Virus record (IMG/VR): IMGVR_UViG_3300042922_001018
Source: a virus
Taxonomy: Duplodnaviria; Heunggongvirae; Uroviricota; Caudoviricetes
Reading direction: 5' to 3' (one strand)
DNA: 17,106 bases
Under the pieces are notes generated by a model. That model did no database searches, had not been told where the DNA came from, and saw only the letters and a program-made list of their open reading frames with translations. The stretch's first letter is position 1, and every line of letters starts with the position of its first letter. Made by a program: the position numbers and the translations under genes. Positions 1-8,071 of this stretch are shown here, piece after piece.

Positions 1-1073
1 GCGGCCAGCGCCTCGTGGAAGTCGCCGACCTTGACCAGCACCTTGGCGACGTTCTCCATGTTCTCGGCCGTCGCCATGTTCGTCGCCATGACGATGATGG
101 CGTAGACCTTGTCGGTGGTGAAGTTCTTCCAGTCGAGGGTCTCGTAGGAGCGCAGCACCTCCTCGAACGACGGCAGGTTCAGCGTCTCGTCCCACTGCTT
201 GAACGCGAGCGCCGCATCCTCGCCGACCGTGGCAATCATGGCCTGGTCGCGGGTCGCGCGGTCGGGACCGACAGCGGCCAGCAGACGGAACACGTTCACC
301 CAGGAGCGACGCGAGGGGTACGCGCCGTCGGCCTTGGCGGGGTCCGACGGGACGACGGTGGTCACGATGCCCGTACCCGAGTGGTTGTTGTTCAGGTAGG
401 CAGCGCCACGAGCGAACTCGACGTACTCGGCCTCGGAGGCCTGCTTGCCGAAGTTCTGCGGCAGGAGGCGAAGCCACTGCTCGACGGGCACCTCGAAGTC
501 GATGTGGATGAGACGGTTCGCCATCGGCGGCGCGATGTACTGGCCGTTCGCGCCGGTCGTGACCGGGTTCGCCGCGAGGATGATGTGCACGTTGTCCGGG
601 AGGCTGATGCCGTCCAGACGACGGTCCTGGATGAACGAGAGAAGCGCGGCCTGCACGTCCTCCAGCGTCGAACGGAACTCGTCGAAGAAGAGGATGACGC
701 CGTCGTAGGAGCGGCCGGTGCCCTCCAGCGGCTCGCCGTCGAGGTCGAGGTCGTAGACCATCCCGCCCTTGGCGATGGCGACCGCGTCGCGGAACCAGTC
801 GGGCTTCGTCGTGATGGTGTACGGCATGTGGAGCGGCTTGCCGTCCTTGTCCGTGTGCTTCACGATGGGCAGACCCTCGACGAACGCGGGGTCTTTGCGG
901 CCACCGATGATGTCGATGACGTAGAAGTTGTGACGCTCGGCGAGGTCGCGAACCGAAGCGGTCTTGCCGATGCCGGGGTCACCGTTCAGGAGCGGAGCGA
1001 GGCCCGCGTTGAGCGCGCCCATGATGAGCTTGTCCTGCGTGGTGTCGTCGGCGGCTGCGATGAGCTTGGACAT
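1..1073 (-). CDS. MoxR-like AAA+ ATPase, 3' end runs off the window
   Basis: Not in the ORF track; translated by hand: MSKLIAAADDTTQDKLIMGALNAGLAPLLNGDPGIGKT. Walker A GDPGIGKT, Walker B ILFFDEF, sensor-1 ILAANP, Arg-finger PPMANRL. ATG at 1073 preceded by GAAGGGA RBS. No stop seen before base 1. Confidence 0.9.
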   Translation of the reverse strand, partial: MSKLIAAADDTTQDKLIMGALNAGLAPLLNGDPGIGKTASVRDLAERHNFYVIDIIGGRKDPAFVEGLPIVKHTDKDGKPLHMPYTITTKPDWFRDAVAIAKGGMVYDLDLDGEPLEGTGRSYDGVILFFDEFRSTLEDVQAALLSFIQDRRLDGISLPDNVHIILAANPVTTGANGQYIAPPMANRLIHIDFEVPVEQWLRLLPQNFGKQASEAEYVEFARGAAYLNNNHSGTGIVTTVVPSDPAKADGAYPSRRSWVNVFRLLAAVGPDRATRDQAMIATVGEDAALAFKQWDETLNLPSFEEVLRSYETLDWKNFTTDKVYAIIVMATNMATAENMENVAKVLVKVGDFHEALA

Positions 1074-1109
1074 GATGATGTTCCCTTCAATCTGGCCCAG
1101 AGGCCGTTT

Positions 1110-1155
1110 GCTTGCTGACACCTTGAAGGTAGCATGCCCCGAAACGCCATGTCAA
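1110..1155 (-). promoter_or_regulatory. Sigma70/SigA-type promoter of the ATPase, with GTGTCAGCAAGC motif
   Basis: Minus strand: TTGACA (1155-1150), 18 nt, TGC-TACCTT (-10 at 1131-1126), 4 nt, GTGTCAGCAAGC (1121-1110). T-rich tract upstream of the -35. Confidence 0.75.
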
Positions 1156-1197
1156 GTCCAGACGCGAAAAAAGTTTCCCAAGTCTGGAATCAACCGC

Positions 1198-2259
1198 TCA
1201 GCCCAAGGACTGCACCGCTGCGACGACCTGCTCCTGAGTGATACCCGCGGGCAAGGAGATGGTGGGAACAGAACCAGGAGAGGTCATCGTCCGAGTCTCC
1301 AGCCGCGAAGCTGAAGCGTTCTCTGGACCGGCCCACGAGTGGCGCAGAACACCGCTGCTCGCAGTGCCACCATCGAAGAACTGGTACGACGTGTTCTCCC
1401 GCTCGAACAGGACATTGCTCATCACCATCTCGGTGGCTGATGTGTTGCTTGTACGGCGAAGGTGCATGTTGCCCTTCACGCTGCCTGACAGCGTGACATC
1501 CATGCTCACGCGCGCGGTCTCGCCCGGTGCAAGAGCGATGTTGGTGCCGTTACGGCCTGCGGGAACCCAGTCGCCTGAGACGTAGAAGTTGTACGCGGAG
1601 GTGACGGTGGACGTGTTCGTCACGTCCGCACTAATGGAGTACGCACCTGGACCGGCGTAGTCCAACGCCCCAGACATCTCGACGACGGCAGTGCCGTTCC
1701 CTGCGTTGTTCGTACGGGCGACCCGTACGCCGTCCGGAGCCGTGGAGATGACCGCGCTGTTAGACGGTACATAGCCCGCATCAGACACCGGCCCTGTACC
1801 GATAGGATTCGTGGAGAGGTTCGTACGCTCCAGTGTCCAGCCGGTGTAAGAGCCGTTCGAAGCTTCCGCAATCGAGGAGGACTCAGACGTGCGGATGAAC
1901 ACACTTCCGGATGCGGACTTCGTCGCAGCTACCCAACCATCCGGGGATGTCAGAAGCTCGAAGCGGTTACCGTCCGTAGGCGTGAACCCGATGGACGAAG
2001 AGCGCAACCCGTTCAGGTCTGCCGCGTAGCTATCACGTTCAGCAAGGTACGCGGCCTGAGCTGTGGCGACACGGTCGAGGTCACCCTTCGCGTTCAGGTC
2101 ATTCGCGTTCGCGATGAAGCCGCTGATGGCGAAGGAACCGCCAACGAGTAGGATGAGGGTAATCGCAATACCCGCGATGATGAGGATGGGGTCAGTCGCG
2201 CCGCGCTCTTCGCGCAACCGCTCGATTTCAGCCTTCTTGGCCTTCAACTTGTCCAGCAA
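1198..2259 (-). CDS. Long type IV pilin-like protein with variable C-terminal insert (left triplet, third gene; 353 aa)
   Basis: Basic leader ending EERG, hydrophobic ATDPILIIAGIAITLILLVGGSF, then AKGDLDRVATAQAAY. Insert bracketed by TNLSTNP and FFDG...WAGPENASAS. TTG start 1 nt after the upstream stop; the nearest in-frame upstream stop is 5 codons away, so the start is constrained. Confidence 0.75.
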   Translation of the reverse strand: MLDKLKAKKAEIERLREERGATDPILIIAGIAITLILLVGGSFAISGFIANANDLNAKGDLDRVATAQAAYLAERDSYAADLNGLRSSSIGFTPTDGNRFELLTSPDGWVAATKSASGSVFIRTSESSSIAEASNGSYTGWTLERTNLSTNPIGTGPVSDAGYVPSNSAVISTAPDGVRVARTNNAGNGTAVVEMSGALDYAGPGAYSISADVTNTSTVTSAYNFYVSGDWVPAGRNGTNIALAPGETARVSMDVTLSGSVKGNMHLRRTSNTSATEMVMSNVLFERENTSYQFFDGGTASSGVLRHSWAGPENASASRLETRTMTSPGSVPTISLPAGITQEQVVAAVQSLG

Positions 2260-2260
2260 C

Positions 2261-2827
2261 TCAGTTTCCGTTCACTCGGTCGAAAGCGTTCTGCACCCAG
2301 GACCATGCAGCCCCACCCATTGACGTAGCCTGCGTCTGGAGACCAGCCGGAAGCGGGTCGGGGAGGTTCGGTCCGGTTCCCAGGGAGAAGATGGTCGTGC
2401 TCGTAGACAAGCGCACGAATACCTCGCCGGATGCAGACTTGACCACAGCACCCCAACCGGCGGTACCACCCGTACCAAAGCCGGTAGAGATGATGGGGAG
2501 GCCCGCCGTTGGCGTGAAGCCGAGAGTCGAGTTCTGGAGGGTAGTGGTCGTAGCGCCAGTCGGGATGTTCACGCGCAAGGCGCCGTAGCTGTCGCGCTCG
2601 GTCATGTACGCAGCCTGGGCGGTCGCGATGCGGTCGAGGTCGCCCTTCGCGTTGAGGTTGTTCGCGTTCGCGATGAAGCCGGAGACGGCGAAGGAGCCAC
2701 CGACGAGCAGGATGAGCGTGATGGCGATACCCGCGATGATGAGGATGGGGTCCGTCGCGCCGCGCTCCTCGCGGAGGCGATTCAGGTCGGCACGAAGGCG
2801 CGCCAAGTCGGGGAGTTTGGAAGTCAT
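2261..2827 (-). CDS. Short type IV pilin-like protein (left triplet, middle gene; 188 aa)
   Basis: Leader ending EERG, ATDPILIIAGIAITLILLVGGSF, AKGDLDRIATAQAAY, compact globular part with no insert. Confidence 0.8.
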   Translation of the reverse strand: MTSKLPDLARLRADLNRLREERGATDPILIIAGIAITLILLVGGSFAVSGFIANANNLNAKGDLDRIATAQAAYMTERDSYGALRVNIPTGATTTTLQNSTLGFTPTAGLPIISTGFGTGGTAGWGAVVKSASGEVFVRLSTSTTIFSLGTGPNLPDPLPAGLQTQATSMGGAAWSWVQNAFDRVNGN

Positions 2828-2843
2828 GTATTCAAGTGTATCG
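2828..2843 (-). promoter_or_regulatory. -10 element for probable leaderless transcript of the short pilin
   Basis: CGA-TACACT-TGAATAC-ATG. 2823-2843 matches 8583-8603 at 20 of 21 nt. No clear -35. Confidence 0.7.
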
Positions 2844-2870
2844 AATCGAGAGCCGGAACCCGACCCAATG

Positions 2871-2914
2871 GAGAGAGGGCATCCCCGCGCTGTATCGCGG
2901 GGATGCCCTCTCTC
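2871..2914 (-). terminator. Intrinsic terminator-like hairpin after the long pilin at 2925-4169
   Basis: Perfect 19-bp stem GAGAGAGGGCATCCCCGCG / CGCGGGGATGCCCTCTCTC with 6-nt loop, 10 nt past the stop codon. No U-tract, which is common in Actinobacteria. Confidence 0.8.
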
Positions 2915-2924
2915 GGTTGGGGAG

Positions 2925-4169
2925 TTACTGCATCAGAGCGGCGACTTCAGCTCCGAAAGCGTCCCAGTCAATGCCCTCTGGGATGGTGAAATCGGACGCC
3001 ATCGTGAGGCCACCCGGCGTGGAGTACGAAGAACGAGACTCCAGGATGGAAACGGTCTGTCCGGGCGTGCCAGCCCACTTGCCGCGGTACTGCCAGTTGG
3101 GGTCAACCCAGGCGCCCTGACCGTACGCCCCGACGCTGTCACCGCTGAACCAGTCGCCGCTGGCGCTCTTCTGGAGCACGAAGTTGTCGTACTTCAGCGG
3201 CACCGCGGTGGTACCGGCAAGAAGCTTCAGGCTCGTGAAGTTGGTTGCACCGGCCGGAACCGTGGTGAAGTTCATGTTCGGTTCGGCGTGAATCGGCAGG
3301 ACAACCTTGTGTGTACCAGCCTGGTTCGGGATGGTGCGGCTCTGAGTGTAGGTGAAGTTTCCGCCGTTACGAAGCATGTGCGACGTTCCGACAGTGAGAG
3401 TCGCGCCCGCGCCTGGGACCGGGGCGTCCAGCGTGACGTTGAACGAGAGGTTCAGCAGGTCGCGTGTGCCCCAGATAGCCGGGTTCATCTCGTGGAGGGT
3501 AGACCAGCCACGAACACCAGAGTCGTTTACGAACAGGCTGGAGACATCGAAGGTTCCCGTGTTTACGGCGCCAGTGCTGCGAGCGTTCAGCTTCCAGTTG
3601 CCCCCGGCGTCCTGCGTACGGGTCACGGTGGTGCCTGTGTTGGTCGTGATGCCGTCAACCACATCGTACGTCAGGTCAGGATTCGCGAAGTAGTTCTTGC
3701 TCTGCTCGTCCCAGACTCCCCAGACGGTCTGCGCCGCGGAAAGCTGAGGCTCCGCCGGGGCGGTGGTCTCGGAAGAACGGACGAACACCTTGCCACTGGC
3801 GGAACGCGTCGCCGCGACCCAACCGGTTTCAGCTACCTGGACGACGGTGTCGTTGCCGTCGGTCGGAGTGAACCCGATGTCAGAGTCTTCGAGACTACGG
3901 TCCTCATAGTCTTCGCCGAATCGAGGACCGACACGGTAAGGCGCGTACGCGTCTTTCGTCGCGAGGTGGGCGGCTTCAGCGGTTGCGATACGGTCAAGGT
4001 CGCCCTTGGCGTTCACGTCGTGTGCGTTGCCGATGAAGCCGGAAACCGCGAAAGAACCACCCACGATGAGGATGAGGGTAATCGCGATACCGGCGATGAT
4101 GAGGATAGGGTCAGTTGCGCCGCGCTCACCCATGAGACGGCGCGCGGAAGGGGAGGATTTCTTAGCCAT
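2925..4169 (-). CDS. Long type IV pilin-like protein with variable C-terminal insert (left triplet, first gene; 414 aa)
   Basis: MAKKSSPSARRLMGERG|ATDPILIIAGIAITLILIVGGSF...AKGDLDRIATAE. Insert bracketed by KNYFANP and WFSGD...WAGTPG. Start moved from 4259 to 4169 because TAGAAT lies 7 nt upstream. Confidence 0.78.
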   Translation of the reverse strand: MAKKSSPSARRLMGERGATDPILIIAGIAITLILIVGGSFAVSGFIGNAHDVNAKGDLDRIATAEAAHLATKDAYAPYRVGPRFGEDYEDRSLEDSDIGFTPTDGNDTVVQVAETGWVAATRSASGKVFVRSSETTAPAEPQLSAAQTVWGVWDEQSKNYFANPDLTYDVVDGITTNTGTTVTRTQDAGGNWKLNARSTGAVNTGTFDVSSLFVNDSGVRGWSTLHEMNPAIWGTRDLLNLSFNVTLDAPVPGAGATLTVGTSHMLRNGGNFTYTQSRTIPNQAGTHKVVLPIHAEPNMNFTTVPAGATNFTSLKLLAGTTAVPLKYDNFVLQKSASGDWFSGDSVGAYGQGAWVDPNWQYRGKWAGTPGQTVSILESRSSYSTPGGLTMASDFTIPEGIDWDAFGAEVAALMQ

Positions 4170-4243
4170 ATGGTCCATTCTACCTAGCGGTTCTCCGAAA
4201 AGTGGTCGCGTCCCAATGTCGTAAGTCCACGATACAATGGAGC
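4170..4243. promoter_or_regulatory. Divergent promoter region with two -10 elements
   Basis: Minus: TAGAAT (4182-4177), 7 nt, ATG 4169. Plus: TACAAT (4233-4238), 5 nt, ATG 4244. Confidence 0.65.
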
Positions 4244-4924
4244 ATGACCGAATCCACATCTACCTTCACTGTTACCGCCGACGCCGAACGCCACATCCGC
4301 GCTGAGCGCGCCACCATCCGCGCCCGCATCTCTGCTCGCTCCGAACACAGCAAGGACGAGGCTTACAACGCGGTTCAGGCCGTCCACAGCCGCCTCGAAG
4401 CGCAGGCGCGCGCCTTCCGCCAGGGAGGTCACGCCGCCCCCGCGACATGGCATCACGCGAGCGCCCCGTCCTCGTACAGCATCCGCGAAGAGTTCAAGGG
4501 CGACGACAAGGAGATTCAGTCCCGGACCGTGTTCATCACCGCGTCCGTCGTGACGGTCAAGTTCCAGAACTTCGAGACGATGTCCGACTGGCTCGCGGAG
4601 CTGGCCGGAGAGACGCTGGTCGCCTCGCTCACACCCGAGTGGACCCTCACTGAGAAGACACGCAAGGATGCAGAGTCCGGCGTCCGCACGCAGGCTGTGA
4701 AGAACGCACGCGCCTATGCGGCCGACTTCGCAGCCGGAGACGACATCGACGCGTCTGCTCTTCGTCTCGTGAGCGTAGACGCATCCGTGAAGACAGGCTA
4801 CCCCTACGCCGCGGCTGGTGCAACTCGCGGTTCCGCTGGGGGCAGCGCGGCCTTCGCCGTGACCCCGAATGAGGTTACCGTCTCCGCGTCTGTCACAGCC
4901 ACCTTCGAGACGACTGAGGTCTGA
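4244..4924 (+). CDS. SIMPL/DUF541-like protein (226 aa)
   Basis: Pattern recalled for SIMPL proteins: FTVTADAERHIRAERATI, WTLT...RTQAVKNARAYAA, VTPNEVTVSASVTATF. Start moved from 4202 to 4244 (after TACAAT). No signal peptide apparent. Confidence 0.7.
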   Translation: MTESTSTFTVTADAERHIRAERATIRARISARSEHSKDEAYNAVQAVHSRLEAQARAFRQGGHAAPATWHHASAPSSYSIREEFKGDDKEIQSRTVFITASVVTVKFQNFETMSDWLAELAGETLVASLTPEWTLTEKTRKDAESGVRTQAVKNARAYAADFAAGDDIDASALRLVSVDASVKTGYPYAAAGATRGSAGGSAAFAVTPNEVTVSASVTATFETTEV

Positions 4925-4926
4925 GC

Positions 4927-5187
4927 ATGATGCCTGACCCTACCCGCGTGACCGGCGCTTTCACCGCTGCCACTGTCGCAGACGCATCCGCCGAACGTGA
5001 TGTTGTCGAGATGCTCATGCAGCGCGCGGGGTTCGATGTGGACTCGTTCCAGGTGACCGGCAAGGGCAAGCTCGTTGAGTTCTCCGCTGTCGGCGACGAC
5101 GCGCCCGTGCAGCGTATCCGCGAGATGCTCAGCGGCCGGGCCTTCCGCTATCCCGGACTCTGGACGCGCGTCGAGTCTGTGCGCTAA
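4927..5187 (+). CDS. Hypothetical protein (86 aa), possible ferredoxin/ACT-like alpha-beta fold
   Basis: Starts 2 nt after the SIMPL stop, GC3-rich codons, alternating strand/helix pattern by eye. Fold is a guess. Confidence 0.7.
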   Translation: MMPDPTRVTGAFTAATVADASAERDVVEMLMQRAGFDVDSFQVTGKGKLVEFSAVGDDAPVQRIREMLSGRAFRYPGLWTRVESVR

Positions 5188-5194
5188 CCAGGCG

Positions 5195-5216
5195 TACAAT
5201 GGACGGTGATTGGAGG
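5195..5216 (+). promoter_or_regulatory. -10 element and Shine-Dalgarno for a small ORF
   Basis: TACAAT 5195-5200; GGAGG 5212-5216, 6 nt before ATG 5223. Confidence 0.65.
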
Positions 5217-5222
5217 TTCACT

Positions 5223-5264
5223 ATGTGCACTGACTGTCCCTGCGGCGGCGCTTGCGGCTGCTGA
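5223..5264 (+). CDS. Candidate 13-aa Cys-rich peptide MCTDCPCGGACGC
   Basis: ATG TGC ACT GAC TGT CCC TGC GGC GGC GCT TGC GGC TGC TGA. Own -10, well-spaced GGAGG, terminator hairpin begins 8 nt after the stop. Confidence 0.6.
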   Translation: MCTDCPCGGACGC

Positions 5265-5271
5265 GATAACG

Positions 5272-5308
5272 CGAAGCGCCCCGGCTCTCGATGAGCCGGG
5301 GCGCTTCG
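5272..5308. terminator. Probable bidirectional terminator between convergent genes
   Basis: Perfect 16-bp stem CGAAGCGCCCCGGCTC / GAGCCGGGGCGCTTCG, 5-nt loop, between stops at 5264 (+) and 5321 (-). Confidence 0.85.
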
Positions 5309-5320
5309 TCGTAGGGAGCC

Positions 5321-6823
5321 TCAGCGGCGTCCGGTGAACACGTCCCCATCGGGAGCATCACGCAGGTCCACGCGGACGGTGATGTCTTTCAGGTGGGCCG
5401 GAATCTGGTCAGCGGCCTGCGCGTCGTAGTCCGACCCGATGAGAGCGGCGATGATGAAGCGCGTCTTGCCCTCTGCGAGAAGCGACTCGTACTCCTGCTC
5501 GCTCGGCCACGGCGTCTGCGAGTCCGTGAAGAGGATACCCACGTCCACACCGAGTTCGGCCAGACGGCGGAAGCCGACGCGCATGTCCGTGCCGCCGCCA
5601 CCTTCGAGGCGGACCCGGTCGGAAGCCCGCCGAAGCCGCTGAACCTCGGCGACCTCCGTGTCCACCGTGAAGAACTGGAGTTCCTTGATGCCAGCGACGC
5701 GGAGCATCGCGAACACCTCAGTGAGCGCACCGGGGATGTTCCCCAGGTTCGAGCCGGAGTTGTCCAGCGCCGCCGCCGCCGTGAGCTGCGAGTCGTTCCA
5801 CTGGGGGACGATGAGGTCAGCGACCGGCTGACGACGAGCCGCCTTGCGACGGTTGATGGTCTTGTAGCCGCGACGGTACTTGACTGCCGTGTGGATGAGC
5901 GCACGGAACACGTCCTGCCAGCGCACACGCGGCGGGGCGAGAACCACGTCCGCCCACTCCAGGAGAGTGCCGGGAAGCGTGCCGATGCCGTTCGAGGAGG
6001 ACTTCTGCGACTGCTCGCGGATGCGCTTCGCGACCTCGCGCTTCATGAACTCGCGGTCGGTCTCGCTCCACTCAGGGGTCTCGCCGTCGGCGTTGCCCTC
6101 GACCTCGTACTGGCGCTTCTGACCACCAGCGCCGGAACCGCACTCGCCCTCGCCGGGCTTGCCGTCCTGGCCCTGGGCGTCGCCCTGACCGCCGCCCTGG
6201 CCCTGCTGGTCCTGGTCGCCCTTGCCACCACCCTGACCCTGCGAGTCGCCCTGGTCGCCCTGCTGGCCCTGACCGCCACCCTGACCCTGGTCCTGACCCT
6301 GGCCGCTCTGACCCTGCTTGCCGCCCTGCTGCTTCTGGTCCTGGAGGTTGTTGTAGTACCACTCCGCCGTCTTGCCGTCGGGGAAGACCGTGCCGGTCTC
6401 GTCCTTGAAATGCTTCGGGTAGAGAATGTCGGTCATCGACTTCACGAAACGCTGCGGCAGAGCCGTGTTGATTTCGAGGTCACCGGCCTTGTTCCACTTG
6501 TCGAAGTCGCGAACGTCCGTGTGCTTCGCACGCTTGGCGTGGTGGCGCAGAACGTGCCAGACCTCGTGAACGAGGGCACCAGCGGCCCAGTCGAGGTCGC
6601 GCGTCATGCAGTAGTCGAAGTTGATGTAGACGCGGCCACGGTCGTCCACGGCCATCGCCCAGAGACCCTGGCCCTGAGCGACAGGGACGACGCTGAGCTT
6701 GAAGATGGCGGGAGCGAGGTACGGGGCGCCCATGTCGGATGCCTGACCGGAAGCGTTGAGCGTCGCGCGCAGACGCACGCGGTCGTACCACTTCTTCTGC
6801 TCGGTGGTGAGCTTTGCGACCAT
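5321..6823 (-). CDS. Putative metallopeptidase-VWA protein (DUF2201-like; 500 aa)
   Basis: N-terminal HEXXH (LVHEVWHVLRHH), Gln/Gly-rich linker, C-terminal VWA with MIDAS-like LDNSGS and GGGTD. Start moved to ATG 6823 behind a GAAGGGA RBS. Confidence 0.85.
   Translation of the reverse strand: MVAKLTTEQKKWYDRVRLRATLNASGQASDMGAPYLAPAIFKLSVVPVAQGQGLWAMAVDDRGRVYINFDYCMTRDLDWAAGALVHEVWHVLRHHAKRAKHTDVRDFDKWNKAGDLEINTALPQRFVKSMTDILYPKHFKDETGTVFPDGKTAEWYYNNLQDQKQQGGKQGQSGQGQDQGQGGGQGQQGDQGDSQGQGGGKGDQDQQGQGGGQGDAQGQDGKPGEGECGSGAGGQKRQYEVEGNADGETPEWSETDREFMKREVAKRIREQSQKSSSNGIGTLPGTLLEWADVVLAPPRVRWQDVFRALIHTAVKYRRGYKTINRRKAARRQPVADLIVPQWNDSQLTAAAALDNSGSNLGNIPGALTEVFAMLRVAGIKELQFFTVDTEVAEVQRLRRASDRVRLEGGGGTDMRVGFRRLAELGVDVGILFTDSQTPWPSEQEYESLLAEGKTRFIIAALIGSDYDAQAADQIPAHLKDITVRVDLRDAPDGDVFTGRR
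6122..6343 (-). repeat. Low-complexity Gln/Gly/Asp linker in the VWA gene
   Basis: QDQKQQGGKQGQSGQGQDQGQGGGQGQQGDQGDSQGQGGG..., built from imperfect CAGGGC/CAGGGT repeats. Confidence 0.8.
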
Positions 6824-6841
6824 GATGGGTTCCCTTCGGAG

Positions 6842-6886
6842 GCTTGCTGACACTCAGAGCGTATCAGGTCCGTTCGGGGCTGTCAA
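6842..6886 (-). promoter_or_regulatory. Sigma70/SigA-type promoter of the VWA gene, with GTGTCAGCAAGC motif
   Basis: TTGACA (6886-6881), 17 nt, TGA-TACGCT (-10 at 6863-6858), 4 nt, GTGTCAGCAAGC (6853-6842). Confidence 0.8.
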
Positions 6887-6893
6887 CCCTCGG

Positions 6894-8063
6894 TCACTGT
6901 TTGACTTCAGAAGCGTCCCCAGCGACCTCGGCCCACGTGATACCGGCCGGGAGAGTAATGCCGCTCGGCTGAGCCATCAGAATCGGTCGAGTGTACTTGA
7001 TTGAGGCTGAGGCGTTCGCAGCTCCTGCCCATCCATACGATGTAGGACCGGAAGCAACCGATGCACCGCTGAACCATTCGCGGCTGCTGTCGTACGCTCC
7101 AACGTACATGTTGACAGAAGACATCTCAATGGTCTGTCCGACGGTCAGGTTGCCCACGAAGAAGTTGATGCGAGATGACGTACCGTAATCCGCTTCCGAC
7201 ATGACGAACGTTGCGTACGCAGTGAGCGTCGTATTGGCGGGGACGGTCTGGGCCTGCGTTGCGGCGATGGCGGAACGAGAAGAACCAGCAGACGATACCG
7301 GGATGATGCTGTGCAGCGCGAACGGCGCCGGGGAACGGAGCTGGACCACGATAGTGACTGTCTCCCCCACAAGCGGCGTGCCCGCAGCGGCAGCCTGCTG
7401 GAAGGAAGTGTAGATGCGTGGCTGGAAAGCGAACTGGCGGACAGGCTGTGTACCCACCGCGGATAGGGTGGTCTGAAGAGCACGACCAGATGGCGCCCAT
7501 GGGGCAGCTACCGCGGCCGTCCCAGTCACGGTAGCGCTCGATACGACGCCCGTCGTCAGGTCAGTCGTCGTCGAGGCGCCGGGGTTCCGGAAGAGGTTTC
7601 GGTCGCTTTCGACCGGCGCGCCGTACTGCGGATTCGCGACATCCGGGCTAAGCTCATGGTTCTTGTCAGAGGTGGAAGTGCGGAGGTAGACATTCCCTGA
7701 GCCGGACCCGGCGACGGCAGCCCAACCGGAAGGCGATGAACGCACCTTCAGGTTCACGCTCTCGCTAGGCGAGAAGCTGGCCGCGGAGTCAATCAGCTCG
7801 GTGTTCGGCACTGCCACATCCGGGCCTACAGCGAGCGAGGCATACCGGTCGTTCTCAGAGATGTAGTGCCCCTGAGCGGTAGCTACGCGGTCAAGGTCAC
7901 CGCGCGCAGCCTGGTTGTCTGCGTAGGCAATGAACCCGCCGATGGCGAAGGTTCCACCCACAAGCATGATGAGACTGACAGCGATGCCGACGATGACCAG
8001 AATCGGGTCAGCCGCACCACGGTCATCGGCCGCGCGAAGGCGCAGCTTCTCCAGTGTCCTCAT
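6894..8063 (-). CDS. Long type IV pilin-like protein with variable C-terminal insert (right triplet, third gene; 389 aa)
   Basis: DDRG|AADPILVIVGIAVSLIMLVGGTF...ARGDLDRVATAQ. Insert bracketed by RNLFRNPG and WFSG...WAGAANASASIK. Ends LPAGITWAEV...EVKQ. Confidence 0.78.
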   Translation of the reverse strand: MRTLEKLRLRAADDRGAADPILVIVGIAVSLIMLVGGTFAIGGFIAYADNQAARGDLDRVATAQGHYISENDRYASLAVGPDVAVPNTELIDSAASFSPSESVNLKVRSSPSGWAAVAGSGSGNVYLRTSTSDKNHELSPDVANPQYGAPVESDRNLFRNPGASTTTDLTTGVVSSATVTGTAAVAAPWAPSGRALQTTLSAVGTQPVRQFAFQPRIYTSFQQAAAAGTPLVGETVTIVVQLRSPAPFALHSIIPVSSAGSSRSAIAATQAQTVPANTTLTAYATFVMSEADYGTSSRINFFVGNLTVGQTIEMSSVNMYVGAYDSSREWFSGASVASGPTSYGWAGAANASASIKYTRPILMAQPSGITLPAGITWAEVAGDASEVKQ

Positions 8064-8071
8064 CTGCTGAC

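Noticed and set aside
15-1118. 367-aa plus-strand ORF
   Set aside because: Antisense shadow of the GC3-rich ATPase gene, which has all the catalytic motifs.
1157-1188. 7-bp inverted repeat TCCAGAC/GTCTGGA upstream of the ATPase -35
   Set aside because: Short stem with an 18-nt loop; too weak to call a terminator or operator.
2604-4187. 527-aa plus-strand ORF and other plus-strand ORFs over the pilins
   Set aside because: Antisense to motif-bearing genes; no RBS, promoter or recognisable motifs.
5206-5337. Alternative 43-aa leaderless ORF from GTG 5206
   Set aside because: Runs through the terminator into the convergent VWA gene and leaves the well-placed GGAGG unexplained. Not fully excluded.
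5393-6850. 485-aa plus-strand ORF
   Set aside because: Antisense shadow of the VWA gene.
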